From assembly GCF_009914755.1 (NCBI RefSeq), contig NC_060931.1: 64,000 nt of DNA; one strand, 5' to 3'. The first letter of the stretch is position 1, and every line of letters starts with the position of its first letter. This DNA comes from the human T2T-CHM13v2.0 reference genome, Homo sapiens. The notes beneath the pieces are model-generated. The model searched no databases and was not told the origin of the DNA. It saw only the letters and a list, made by a program, of their open reading frames with translations. Below are positions 1 to 19,979 of this stretch, in pieces. A program made the position numbers and the translations under genes.

Positions 1-973
1 TGGGTATTGGGTATTGGCAGGGAGTAAAGGGGGAAAGTAGGAAACTTCATACCAGGCTCAGGATGAGCCAGCCTGTGCCTATAATTTCACAGCATTTGTC
101 CATCCAGCTGTTACTGCAAAAACATGCGATAGAGCATCCTAGAGGCCCAGAACCCTGTTTTGGAAGAGCACAGGAGGACGGTTTGGGGGAGGCCATGCCT
201 CCTAGGGAGTCATTAGGGAGGCATATCTTTTTCTTTCTTTCTTTCTCTTTGAGGCAGGCTCTTTCTCTGTCGCCCAGGGTGGAGTGCAGTGGCACGATCT
301 TGGGTCACTGCAACCTCTGCCCCCAGGTTCAAGCGATTCTCCTGACTCAGCCTCCTGAGTAGCCGGGATTACAGATGTGCACCACCATGCTCGGCTACTT
401 TTTGTATTTTTAGTAGAGATGGAGTTTCACCATGTTGGCCAGGCTGATCTCGAACTCCTGGCCTCATGTGGTCTACTCACCTCAGCCTCCCACAGTGCTG
501 AGATTACAGGTATGAGCCACTGTGCCCGGCTAGGGAGGCATATCTCTAAACTGGTAATTCTTGAGATGAGAGGTCCTGAATATCTGTCAGAATCATACAC
601 AGCCCCCATCCCCCACTGACAAGGGTCCCAGATGTCTCCTTCCATAAGAGTCACTCTGCTAGTGAGATGCTGGCACTGTATCCCAAAGGTTGGGAACCTC
701 TGTTCAAACTTCTTTAGACATATTTTAATTTAATTTAATGTGTTATTTTTTTTAGATAGGGTCTCGCTCTGTCGCTCACTCTGGAGGGCAACGGTGGGAT
801 CATGACCCACTGCAGCCTTGAGCTCCTGGGCTCAAGCGATCCTCCTGCCTTGGCCTCTCAAAGTGCTGGGATTACAGGCATGAGCCACTGTGCCTGGCCT
901 AGACATATTTTAAATCCACGTCACCCCTCAGCATGATAATTTCTATAGGTTTACCAGAAGACTCTCTTTGTTA

Positions 974-1078
<105 letters not shown>

Positions 1079-1081
1079 CTA

Positions 1082-1342
<261 letters not shown>

Positions 1343-1433
1343 CTAGTATTAGAGGTGTAAGCCAGTGTTGACTATCTGGGTGTCCCCATACCTTTCATTC
1401 TGATGGTGTCAATATCCTTTAACTGAAAAATAG

Positions 1434-2004
<571 letters not shown>

Positions 2005-2327
2005 TGAGTAGCTGGGACTACAGGCACCTGCCACCACGCCCAGCTAATTTTTTTTTTTTTTTTTTGTATTTTTAGTAGAGACAGGGTTTCACTGTGTTAG
2101 CCAGGATGGTCTCGATCTCCTGACCTCGTGATCTGCCCGACTCAGCTTCCCAAAGTGCTGGGATTACAGGCGTGAGCCACTGCGCTTGGCGACTGCCTTT
2201 AGTTTTTAAAGAAGCATTTCTTTCTTTACACTGCCCCTATGATAGCGATACAGACATTTAGCCTGTCAGTAGAAGCTCTCTCTGCTCTATTGCCTACTAC
2301 CCAAACTTGCCTAGCTGTGTTCAGCCC

Positions 2328-2478
2328 TTCCTCCCTCCCTCCCTTCCGTCCTTCCTTCATTCCTTCCTTTCTCTTTCTTTCTCTCTTTTCTTTTTCTTTC
2401 CTTCTTTTCTTTTTCCTTCATTTATTTCTTCTTTTTCTTTCTTTCTTTTTCTTTCTTTCTTTCTCTATAGGGTTTTGC

Positions 2479-2528
<50 letters not shown>

Positions 2529-2535
2529 ATCTATA
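2328..2535. repeat. CT-rich low-complexity tract plus (TCTA)n microsatellite
   Basis: Read directly; probably derived from an Alu tail. Confidence 0.85.
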
Positions 2536-2536
2536 G

Positions 2537-2920
<384 letters not shown>

Positions 2921-3268
2921 TGAAGACTGCTTCACCACTCTAGGTCACACGCTCCCCTGACTTCCCACAGGGGTTTTAGAAGTATCTCCAAGTCCAAGAA
3001 ACTGTGCAGCTGAGAAAGACACAAAGACAGGACGGGAGGCACTCCTTGCCCTCTGGGACTTTCCATTCGGTTTGGGTATACAGAGAGCCATCATTCTTTC
3101 ACTAGTCAGTGTGCTTCCAGTTGCAATCAACAGAAGCTGACTGGCCAACCAGGAAGAAAAGGGAACATTCTGGAAGGAACCTGGAATCATTCACAGACTC
3201 AAAGGTAACTGATGAAGAACCACTCTTGGATACTGACAAAAATGTGTCTCTCATTTCTGCTCCTTTCA

Positions 3269-3610
<342 letters not shown>

Positions 3611-3755
3611 TTATAAAGAAAAAAAATGGAGGACAAGATTATTCCTGACTCATATAGTTATAATTCACCAGAGAGGAAATTAGCTTTTTCCCTCAGCTCA
3701 GTTAGAAGAAACCCAGGGGAAAGCTTGGACTGGTCCAGCTCAGGACACATCCACC

Positions 3756-3964
3756 CTGGCTTAATGACTGTGCTATGACTGGGCCCATAGGTGGGCTGGC
3801 TTAATGACTGTGCTATGACTGGGCCCATAGGTGGGCTGGCTTAATGACTGTGCTATGACTGGGCCCATAGGTGGGCTGGCTTAATGACTGTGCTATGACT
3901 GGGCCCATAGGGTGGGCTGGCTTAATGACTGTGCTATGACTGGGCCCATATGATTGGGCTGGCT
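3756..3964. repeat. 40-bp minisatellite, about 5 copies (CTGGCTTAATGACTGTGCTATGACTGGGCCCATAGGTGGG)
   Basis: Copies start at 3756, 3796, 3836, 3876 and 3917; near-perfect. Confidence 0.95.
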
Positions 3965-4346
3965 TGAGCCAGGTGCTCACCCTTCAAACGGTTACTGAGA
4001 CCAGGCTGGAGTTGGTATGCAAGAAGATGGCAACACACATTTGAATTACATGGGTACAGCTTAGGGAGGCACGATGCCTAGAGGACGAAAGGAGCCATGT
4101 TAGGCTGCAGAAGTTCGTGGGTGCACACCACAGACACATAAACAGCCGGGAGGCACCTTGAGCCAATGCGTGTTGATTCCAGGATTCTCACTGACCTGCA
4201 GTCTAGCAGGGCATGATCTCCAGAGGATTGTTAGTGTGAGGGAAGGAATACAAAAGACATTGTTCAGCCAGGCCCGGTGGCTCACGCCTGTAATCCCAGC
4301 ACTTTGGGAGGCCCAGGCGTTTGGATCACTTGAGGCCAGGAGTTCA

Positions 4347-4700
<354 letters not shown>

Positions 4701-4708
4701 TTATATAG

Positions 4709-4918
<210 letters not shown>

Positions 4919-4921
4919 TAG

Positions 4922-5062
<141 letters not shown>

Positions 5063-5496
5063 TAAATATTATTAAAACATTATTTTAACAATGTATATTA
5101 TTTGTTTGTTCAAAGAATACTTTTTTCTTTCACTAAAAATGAGGGTCTGGGGTGAGATGATGTCTAAGGTCATTTTCAGCTCTGCATGTTGCATTCATAT
5201 TCTACAAATGTAGAGATGCCAGGCTACAAGTACTAAATGTCTATTTTCTTGATTCTTGGAATACCAATGCTACTAATGGGAATAACTGTGAACTTCATTT
5301 AAAAGTTTTTTAAGCCGGGTGTGGTGGCTCATGCCTGTAATCCCAGCACTTTGGGAAGCTGAGGCGGGCGGATCACGAAGTCAGGAAATTGAGACCATCC
5401 TGGCTAACACAGTGAAACCCTGTCTCTACTAAAAATACAAAAAAAAAAAAAAATTAGCTGGGCGTGGTGGCGGGTGCCTGTAGTCCCAGTTACTCA

Positions 5497-6032
<536 letters not shown>

Positions 6033-6772
6033 TCACACCATTCTCCTGCCTCAGCCTCTGGAGTAGCTGGGACTACAGGCGCCCGCCACCACACCTGGCT
6101 AATTTTTTGTATTTTTAGTGGAGACAGGGTTTCACCATGTTAGCCAGGATGGTCTCGATCTCCTGACCTTGTGATCCGCCTGCCTTGGCCTCCCAAAGTG
6201 CTGGGATTACAGGCGTAAGCCACCACACCCGGCCAACAACGTTTTTTAAAACAGCATATGTCAAGATTTGAATGTCAGTTGGAAAAAACAAATGGGTAGT
6301 TTCTAAGAGACACAACAAAGCCACATTTATCCTGCTGAACTCATTGCAATACAAGGCTTGGACCTTGCAAAAGTAAAGCAGAGAGAAGAAATTGCCTGTT
6401 ATCAAGTGCTTGCTGTATGCCGGGCACTTGGCTACATAAGCACTTTACATAAATTCTTTCTTTTAGTTCCATCAGCAACCTTAGGATGAGGTGTTCACAT
6501 TCTCAGTGGAAGACAAGGACACTAGGGCAGAGTGAGCATGAGCCACAGCACTTAGTAAATGAAGGATCTGGGACTAAACAACAATAATGATCATGAGTAC
6601 TTCTTGAGCTCTTCCTCTGTGCCAGGTACTGTTCTAAGCACTTGACTTGAATTCACTCATTTAATTCACACAACTCTATGAGCTAAGTACTGTTATCTAT
6701 TCACCAATAATCATGAGGAAACAAGTACTAAGAAGTTAAAGACCTGACCAAGTTTCACATCTAGTAAGTGGC

Positions 6773-7223
6773 TGTGATGGTGAATACTGAATCAACTTGA
6801 TCGAATTGAAGGATGTAAAGTATTGATCCTGGGTGTGTCTGTGAGGGTGTTGCCAAAGGAGATTAACATTTGAGTCAGTAGGCTGGGAAAGGCAGACCCA
6901 CCCTCAATCTGGTGGGCACAATCTAATCAGCTGCCAGCACAGCTAGAATATAAAGTAGGCAGAAAAATGTGAAAAGACTAGACTGGCCTAGCCTCCCAGC
7001 CTACTTCTTTCTCCCATGCTGGACCCTTCCCACCCTCGAACATCAACGAACATCAGACTCTAGGTTCTTCAGTTTTGGGACGCAGACTGGCTCTCCTTGC
7101 TCCTCAGCTTCCAGATAGCCTATTGTGGAGCCTTGTGAGCATGTGAGTTAATACTTAATAAACTCCCCTTTATATAACATTATATATATATCCTATTAGT
7201 CTGTCTAGAGAAACCTAATATAC
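6773..7223 (+). mobile_element. MLT2A-type (ERVL) solo LTR inserted in a MIR
   Basis: Begins TGTGATGG; contains GATCCTGGGTGTGTCTGTGAGGGTGTTGCCAAAGGAGATTAACATTTGAGTCAGT and an internal AATAAA; MIR-like flanks at ~6580-6772 and ~7224-7300. Confidence 0.85.
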
Positions 7224-8451
7224 TGGCAGTGCTGGGCTAGGGACCCAGACGGTCTCACTCCCCAGCCCCACTTAGCAAATCACTGTGCCACACTGTCTTC
7301 ATCAGCCCGGGGGACTGCAGGCGCCACACCATCTCCACCAGCCCACGTGATTGCAACCCTGGTGCCTGGTGCTGCCTCCTTTGCAGGCTGGAAATTTGAT
7401 CTGAACCTTTTTCCAGACTTCCAGGCTCAGAGTCTGGGATGCTGAAACATGCTCATTTTCAAGAGACTGAGGTATACATGTGCATCAGCTTCACCTGCAT
7501 GTTGCCTCCCAGAAGCTACCTGGCAACATGCAACGTCAGAAGGTTGCCTTGTGAGTATAGAAATAGAATAGAGGGAATGAGTTCTACGACCGAACTGTTT
7601 AATGACCTCAGCATCCTATGTCCTGATATTGTGCCTGTGGAGGATAACATTTTTATTTTATTTTTAAAGACAAGATCTTGGTCTGTTGCCTACGCTGGAG
7701 TGCAGTGGTGCGATCGTGATTCACTGCAGCCTTGAACTACTGGGTTCAAATGATTCTTCCACCTCAACCTCTTGAGTAGCTGAGACTACAGGTGTGCACC
7801 ACTACTCCTGGCTCATTTTAATTTTAATTTTAATTTTGTAGAGACAGGGTCTGCCTATTTGCTCAGGTTGGTCTCAAACTCCAGTGATCCTCCTGCCTTG
7901 CCCTCCCAAAGTGCTAGGATTACAGGCATGAGCCACCTCACCCATGACACATTTTTTTTTTTTTCTGTATCTGACACCAAGAGTTTGTTGGTCTGAGAGA
8001 TTAGGTCAGACCCTCTGGACAGGATCTCCCTGACTGACCGGTTTCTTCAGCCTGGCCCATTCTTTCTCTAGATTTATTAATGATTCAGTGACGTGCCCGT
8101 TGATCTAGTTGCCCTGGAAATAATGCCTCTGTTTGAGATGACATTTCATATCCTTACACTCTGATTCACCATTCAATCATTTACAAATATGAACACTTCT
8201 GTGTACAACAAATGGAGGATACAGTAGACAGACATTTCAGTGGAAGAGATACAGATAATTAATATGTAAATGAGTGAAAAAGAGAGATTACTTCAGATGG
8301 TGATAAATGGTATGAAAAATTTCCAGCAGGGTAACGAGATTGAGTATTGAGATGGAGGATGGTGTGGGGCTGTAGAAAGGGGGGACTGGGGATATCTCTC
8401 TGAGGATGTAGAATCTGAACTGAGCCCTGCATGTGAGGAAGGAGCCAGTCA

Positions 8452-8790
<339 letters not shown>

Positions 8791-9299
8791 TCACGCCTAT
8801 CCTGTGAAGTGGAAGTTCATTGCTTGTCTCCAGAGAGACAATGGTATAAATTAGGCAGCTATGGTTGCCGTAGTGTTGCTGGTATTGGGGATTAAGTACA
8901 TGGCGATTAAATGGTCATGTGGCCGTGCTTTCCAACAAAAATTCCAGACACATCGTCTTACATGTAGCATGAGGACTGGAAATATTTGAAATCAGGGTTG
9001 TCTTGGACTTTCCAAGGCACATGATTACCATAATTAACAGGCTACAGAGGGCTGGCCTGGGCCTGACCCCACGCTCCACACTGTTGATATGGAAACTGTT
9101 CCCAGTTTCTAAAAAGCCAAATAACAGGTGAACTTTTGGAATAAAATCACTTGCCTTTTGGAACCATATTTCTTTTCCCCAACAACATTACATGTTCTTT
9201 CCTCAGCAAAAAGTCTGAGTTGTACACATTTTTGAATCCCTCAAAGCATTTAGCAGAGTGCTGGGCATACGGAAGACAGCAGGATCCCGTGGCTTTGCC

Positions 9300-10060
9300 T
9301 GAAACGCGGAACCTGGTCTTGACTTTTGAGTGACTGAGCCCTCCTGGTGCCCGCACTCTGGCCGGGAGTGCCAAGCAGCGTTCTCCCTCCCGCCGCACGG
9401 GGGCACAATGGGAAGCCTGCACAGTGAGGAAGAGCGGCTGGAGCCGGTCTTGTGCCGGGGAGGTCGCTGCTCCCAGAATGCACCTGGCATCAACACGGCG
9501 GCGGCGGCGGCGGCGGCTTCCAACAGGCTCTGGGGCGCCGAGCGGACAGGAACGCAGCACGGGGGCTCCGAGGCGGGGTCTGGGTGTTGAGGGGCGACTG
9601 GAGCCATGGCGGAGTCGGCGCCTGCTCGGGTAAAGAGGCACCGGCGCGCTGGCTCGAGGGCGCGTTGGGGATGGCGGAGTCCCCTGCCGGGGGCGGGGCT
9701 TCGCGGTTTGGACGCCGCCGGGGTCTTGGTTTCCCGGGGCTGCCGTTGGCGCGGGTGAACGCGGACCCTCCTCTTCGCGACCCCAGTGCTCTGCCCTTTT
9801 TTCCCTCCGCTTCCTTCTGCAGCGGGGTCGGAGCCTCGGCGCCGTGCGCCCTTGCCCAGAAACTTCTCTGAAGCTTGCTTTAGGTTGGTGGATTTGTGAC
9901 CCTGCCCACACATTTTCTCTTTCGTGCCAAAAGAGCCCGTTCCCAGGTTGGAGTGTTTCCAGATTGGAAACGGTCTCCGTCGCTACGAGTGAGCTCTCCC
10001 GCTGCCCGGGAGACCCCAGGACTTGCCTCTCTGCGACCACCTCCTCTTCGGTCCGATGTG
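9300..10060 (+). promoter_or_regulatory. ZNF212: CpG-island promoter/first exon of ZNF212
   Basis: CpG-dense, GC-rich stretch around ATG 9606. Contains a ZNF143/SBS-like motif CTCCCAGAATGCAC (9470-9483), (CGG)7 at 9496-9516 and a GC box at ~9690. Confidence 0.85.
9606..9629 (+). CDS. ZNF212: ZNF212 coding exon 1 (MAESAPAR)
   Basis: Strong Kozak gccATGG; 24 nt followed by donor GTAAAG; phase 0 joins exon 2 in frame. Confidence 0.93.
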
Positions 10061-10953
10061 TTGTCGGTTTTTCCAGTGCTGCAGATTTCTGTCTGGGGGT
10101 TGCAGCCACAGGTTGAAGTCAGCCTGGGCTGCTTCTCCTTGGGGACGGATGTTATCTACAGTGCAGTTGCTGCATTTTGTTTGTAGAGCTGCCCAAACTC
10201 TCTCCTTCACCCCCCCCCCAACACCCCCCTCCCAGCCCACCGACCATCCCCATTCTGGGAATGTCAAGATACGGAGTTTGGTGTGAGGAAAATCCTATTT
10301 GTGGAGTCACGAAGCTTTCAGCTGTCCATTTGGGTGATTTTAGGCAACTGTGTTCGCTTCTCTGGGTCTCTTTCGTTTTCTTAACTGTAAATCGAGAGTG
10401 TTGGAGTAGTTGCTAGATGATCTCCAAGGCTTTAAGTTTCCTTCCAGCTCCGACATTCTCATACTGTTCCCATACTGTTTCAAAGTAGTGGTTAATTTAA
10501 CAACACCAGAGGGTTTGCAACGGAAGGGGCAGCTGGAATTGAATTGACTTTTAATGAAGTGTTCCTTGGTCTAGAAACACTTCGAGAATCATGTTAGATC
10601 TTTGTGAGAATGGAGGGCTAAGGAAATTCTGTGGGGAAAATTTGACCATGAGCAGGGTGCGCTATATTTGATTCTTGTAGAAAGTGCGTTAAGAACTAAG
10701 AACGGAGAGATTGGGAGACTTAGAGAACACAGTATTTGCTTTCAAGGAAGTTAACAGTTGAATTGGGAAGACAAGACACAAATGTTTACAATATTAACCT
10801 CATCTGACTCCTATAAGCTAGGCTGAGCCAGTCAAAGACTTGGCTTTTCCACAAGATCTAGTTAGTGTTAGAGTCCGGCGAGAGGATTCTGCCACAGTTC
10901 TTCCTGCCAGGTCACTCCACAATTACCTACATGTCGTCAGTAGACCTTGTTAG

Positions 10954-11305
<352 letters not shown>

Positions 11306-11833
11306 TTAAATAACATGAATCTGTCGTTGTAGAACTTATTCAAATTGTTCTTGAGCCTGTTTCTCTTCTCAGACATTTCAGGTGTCTGTCATTTAACAGT
11401 AAGCTCAAGTAGGTGCCCTGATGAAACAACTGAAAATGCTGGAAAACCCTGCACATAAATGCATTTGAAATGTATTTTAGTAAAGAATACTTGGAGCCCC
11501 AAAACTTAAGCGAAAGAGGAAACTCGAAAGTGATAGAGTTCTGAAGCCAACTTTGAGGGCATTGGCCAAACATTCATCTTTGGTGTTTATGATTCAAGGG
11601 ACCTGCAAAATGGAACACACATCTCAGAGCCTAAGATGGAAAGTCTAAGAAGCTCCCTAACCCAATCCCATGAAGCAGAGAGTTCAAAGGGTAACATTCT
11701 GTGTAAGGGTGAACTGAAAGTAAGGTCTGACCTTCAGATGATTGCAAAGTAAGTTGTTAAACCTTGGCACTGAGATTACAGGCGTGAGCCACCGTGCCTG
11801 GCCATAGTTTCGTTTCTTTTCTTTCTTTTCTTC

Positions 11834-11865
<32 letters not shown>

Positions 11866-12169
11866 GAGAGAGTCTCGCTCTCTTGCTCTGGCTGGAGTGC
11901 AGTGGAGCAATCTTGGCTGCCTGAAACCTCTGCCTCCCAGGTTCTAAGCGATTCTCCTGCCTCAGCCTCCGGAGTAGCTGGGATTACAGGCATGCGTCAC
12001 CATGCCTGGCTAATTTTGTATTTTTAGTAGAGATGGGGTTTCACCGTGTTGGCTGGGCTGGTCTCTGAACTCCTGACCTCAGGTGATCCACCTGCCTCGG
12101 CCTCCCAAAGTGCTGGGATTACCACTGCATGAGCCACCGCACCCGGCCTAAGGCAGAGGGAATTCTTAA

Positions 12170-13615
<1,446 letters not shown>

Positions 13616-13619
13616 TAGT

Positions 13620-14315
<696 letters not shown>

Positions 14316-14803
14316 TAGTAGAGATGGGGTTTCACCATGTTAGCCAGGATGGTCGCGATCTCCTGACCTCATGATCCGCCCACCTTGGCCTCCCAAAGGG
14401 CTGGAATTATGGGCGTGAGCCACTGCACCTGGCCAGAAATGATTTTTTTAATCCATATATCTATCAGTATATAATATCAAAGTGTAGAGACAAAATGAAA
14501 ACAAAAGAGAGGAGGCAAAAATAAAAACCTATTGGGAATGAAAATGTGTGCATTCCCATGTCTATTGGTTGATGCTGGTGTGTAGACTGAGATTGTAGGT
14601 AAGGCCGTTGAACAGAACACTTCATGCACCCTCTTCATGTGGCTTGGGATTTCTCAAGGGATTCTAGCACCTGGCTGCCTGTGATTTGCCCCACTTGACA
14701 GAGAGTGGAGCAGAGACGAACCATCCATGTGCCACCCTCCTTTAACTGCAGATTCACATGCAAAGTAGATGATGATGTCTTAAGCCACTAAATTTGGGGA
14801 TTA

Positions 14804-15085
<282 letters not shown>

Positions 15086-16125
15086 TCACTTGAACCTGAG
15101 ACAGAGGTTGCAGTAAGCTGAGATCATGCCACTGCACTCCAGCCTGCAGCCTGGGCGACAGAGCGAGAGACTCCATCTCAGAAAAAAAAAAAAAAAAAAG
15201 GATTTGCATACTATGTTTATGAATTGAAATTCATCCTAAATGTGTCACTTTTCTGTTGGGTGGGGTGACTCATGCCTGTAATACCAGGACGTATAATCGT
15301 GCCACTGCCCTCCAGCCTGGGTGACAGAGTGAGACCGTGTCTTTATTTATTTGAGACAGAATCTCTCTCTGTCACTGGAGGGAAGTGGTGTGATCATGGC
15401 TTCCTGCAGCCTCAATCCCCTGGGCTCAAGTGATCTTCCCACCTCAGCTTCCTGAGTGGCTGGAACTATAGGCACCTGTCATCATGCCTGGCTAATTTTA
15501 TTGTCTTTTTGTAGAGATGGGATTTCACCATCTTGCCCTGGCTGTTCTTGAACTCCTGGGCTCAAGCTGTCCTCCCGCCTCAAGCCTCCCGAAGTGCTGG
15601 GATTACAGACTCGAGCCACTGTGCCCAGCCATAGATTCCCCAAGTGGGATTGCTAGGTAAAAGGGTTTTTAATGACTTGAAATTTTTCTTCCCCTAAGAG
15701 TGTGTAGTATTTTTCATTCCTTCCAGGAGTGTTATGAGAGTCAGTTTACCACATTATAGTCAGCTCTGAATGTTATTCTTTGTGTCTGTTTCATGTTTGT
15801 CAGTCTGATGGGTGAACGTGCTTTCACTTAGTTATATTTGGATTCCTGATTGTAAGGTGGTTGTGTTTTCATTTGTTTATTGACTGCCTGCATTTCCGCT
15901 TCCATGAATGATTTACAATCTGCAGTTTTATTTTGGGGTTCTTGACCTTTTTCCACTTCATATTCTGTTTACAAATATTCTCTCCTTGTTTTTAGACTTT
16001 GTTTATGTTATCTTTTATTACAGCTAGCATTTTCTCCTACTTTGACATTCTAAGACGTGTTTATTGAGATACCATTTACATACAGTAAAATTTACTCTTT
16101 AGGCAGATAGTTCAACAAATTTTGA

Positions 16126-16389
<264 letters not shown>

Positions 16390-16601
16390 TAGTAGAGATG
16401 GGGTTTCACCATGTTAGCCAGGATGGTCTTGATCTCCTGACCTCATGATCAATCCGCCCTCCTCGGCCTCCCAAAGTGCTGGGGTTATAGGTGTGAGCCA
16501 CTGTGCCTGGCCTATAATCAATATTTTTCTCCTATCCCTAGCCCTTGGCAACCACTGATCTGATTTCTGTCCCTATAGTTTGCTTTTTTCCAAACATGTA
16601 A

Positions 16602-17143
<542 letters not shown>

Positions 17144-17419
17144 TGATCTTGAACTCCTGGGCTCAAGTGATCCATCTTAGCCTCCCAAAGTGTTGGGATT
17201 ATAGGTATGAGCCACCGTGCCTGACCTTTGTCTGATTCCCGTCACTTAGCATGTTGTTAAACATGTCAGTGATTTTGGTTCCTTTTTATTACATAGTAGT
17301 AGACTTAGTAGTCGAAGTAGTAGTCTACTACTAAGTAGCAGGCTTAGTAGTCTTCTAAGCTATATAGGAAAAATACACTAAATATATAATACGGTATATA
17401 ATGAAGTGTCTTATATAGT

Positions 17420-18260
17420 GTGTCTGTTTCCTAGGGCTGGTGTAACAAACTGGGAAGCTTAAATAACAGAAATTCTGTCTCACAGTTCTGGAGGTTAGGA
17501 GTCTGAAATCAAGATGTTTGCAGGGTTGGTTCCTTATGAGTTTTGTGTTTCTCTCCTAGCTTCTGGTGGTCCCATGTGTTTTCTTGGTTTGTGGCAGCAT
17601 AAGTCCAGTCTCTGCCTTAATCTTGACATGGCCCATTATGTATTGGTGTAACAGAATACATGAGGCTGGGTAATTCATGAAGAAAAGAGGTTTAGTTGGC
17701 TCACAATTCTGGTGGCTGGAAAGTTCAAGATTGGGCAGCTGTGTCTAGTGAGGGCTTCAAGCTGCTTAAACTCATGGCAGAAAATGGAAGGGCAGCAGGT
17801 GTGTGTAGAGATCACATGGTGACAGAGGAGGCAAGAGAGAGACCAAAGAAGTCAGACTGTTTCACAACCCACTGTAGTGGGAACTAATCCATTCCTGCCA
17901 ATGACAGCTCACCCCTGTGGGAGCGCATTAATTTATTTATGAGGGATATGCCCTCATGACCCAAACACCTCCCACGAGACTTCACCTCCCGACACTGCCA
18001 CATTGGGAATACAATTTCAACATGGGTTTTGGTGAGGACAAACCATAGTAGACATCTTCTCCCTGTGTGTGTGTGTGTCTGCGTCTAAAGGTCCTCTGTT
18101 TTAAGGACATCAGTCATTGGATTAAGGCCCATCCTAATGACCTCATTTTAACCTGATTACCCTTGGAAGTACCTTATTTCCAAGTAAGATCACATCCTGA
18201 GGTACTGAGGATTAGGGTTTTACTGTATTATTTTGAGGAGACACAATTCAACCCATAACA
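17420..18260 (-). mobile_element. MaLR LTR (MLT1-type) with a nested MST/MLT1A-type LTR (~17637-18050)
   Basis: CTCACAGTTCTGGAGG, AAAAGAGGTTTAGTTGGCTCACAATTCTGG and CCCTCATGACCCAAACACCTCCCAC motifs; ends CACAATTCAACCCATAACA. Confidence 0.7.
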
Positions 18261-19979
18261 CTGGATGGATCACAATTTTTTCATCCATTGACTGGTTCGT
18301 GAACATTTGAATTGTTCCCATCATGCTAGATAATTCAAAACAGAAGACAAGAAGAAACTAGCTTAATCATTCTTTTCAACCTCTTACTATGTGGAAGAGG
18401 AGGGGGCTTATTCCTTTGCACAGATTCTCACCTACATTCCTGTCTAGAAAAAGTGCTACTGAGCACAGAATGCTGGGCCACAGAAAGAGGAGACTCACAG
18501 ACTTAAAGTAGAAGCAAAACAAACATGATGGCATGCATATATCCAGTTTAATATTTTGTTTTGTTTCGCTTGTATTTGTCTTTTACATTGAACTTTTCTT
18601 TTAATCTCTTGCAGGAGGATGTATTTAAGCTTTTGTCTCATGTGTTCCATGATGAATTAACTGACTTGAGTAACTAGAGTAGGTCATGGCCAAACTTAAA
18701 TGTTCAGTTCTGCACCAGTCAGTTTCCTTTTGTCCCATGTTCTCTGGACCACAACCCTTGGCCCCAGCAGTTCTTTCCGAGATATTTCCTCTAGTGTCTC
18801 GGTCTTGGTGGCCTCACTGTGGTTAGAGAAGCAGCCTTGAATAAAGTGTGTGCTTTATTCAAATAAAGTGAAGTTTGCAGAGGGGGTTAGGACTGAAGTG
18901 AACGTGCAGGGAGACAGTAGGGGGACAGCTTGGGGAAGACTTCCCCAGTGTTGGTTTCAGTAATTTTAGCTTCTATGACAGTGATTTTCCTACTGTCAGA
19001 GACAGCTCATTAAAGTGAAAATTATAAGGAAAATGTCAGTAGACTTAGTCACATCATTTCAGTAAATATTTTTTAAGGATTTATTCACCATCCCAGCTGC
19101 TAGAGTGCAAAGATGAATGAATTAGGTCTTGTAGGTCCTGCTAAGGAATTTTGTCTTTATTGTGGGGAGCCATTGAAAGTTTTCAAACGGGTGACATGAT
19201 CAACTATGAAGTCTGGCAGGGATGTGGAAGCAAGATAAGATGTAAGTGACATCTTTTATCATATAGTCCAAAACATTAAATAAAAATAGGTTTAAAAATG
19301 AACACTGATACAGGAGTCTCAGAGAATATGCTAAGCATAAAGCATAGGTAACAGAACATACACGCTATAATTTCACTTTTGTTGAAAAAAAATAAACTAA
19401 AAGATGAAAAAAAACTTTAGAAATACACCAAAATTCAAACAGCTTCTTTCCTTCTTTTTCTTTTTTGAGACAGGGTCTCACTCTGTTACTCAGGCTGGAG
19501 TGCACTGGCACGATCTTGGCTCACTGTAGCCTCAACCTCCTGGGCTCAAACCGTCCTCCCACCTCAGTGCCCCAAGTACCTGGGACTACAGGCATGCATC
19601 ACCATGCCTGGCTAATTTTTTGAACTTTTTTGTAGAGACAGGGTTTGCCTTGTTGGCCAGGCTGGTGTCAAACTCCTGAGCTAAAGTGATTCAGCTGCCT
19701 TGGCCTCCCAAAGTGCTGGGATTACAGTTGTGAGCCACCACGGCCAGCCCTAACAGCTTATTGTGTGTGAGAAGATTTTGTGTAATATTTTCTTTCTATT
19801 CTTCATCATTTTCCAACATTATTAATACAATATCTATGTATAATTTTTAGTATCAATAAAAGACATGCTTTTTTTTAATTAAAAGAAACTAGATAACTCT
19901 GAGCACTGATACACTTGAACACTGCTTTCTTTACTTGATGTTTGGAAGTGACATTGACCCTGTGTCTTTAATCCATCAG

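Noticed and set aside
3756-3964. CRISPR-like appearance of the 40-bp repeat
   Set aside because: No spacers and a eukaryotic context; an ordinary minisatellite.
9147-10109. 320-aa minus-strand ORF and other long ORFs over the CpG islands (also 31766-32548 and 54654-55654)
   Set aside because: Stop-poor GC-rich DNA; low-complexity R/P/A/G peptides with no recognisable domain.
18615-18682. Strong acceptor (ctcttgcag) and box C/D-like words ATGATGA and CTGA in ZNF212 intron 1
   Set aside because: The boxes are only 5 nt apart, so this is not a snoRNA. No convincing donor defines an exon, although a poison exon cannot be excluded.
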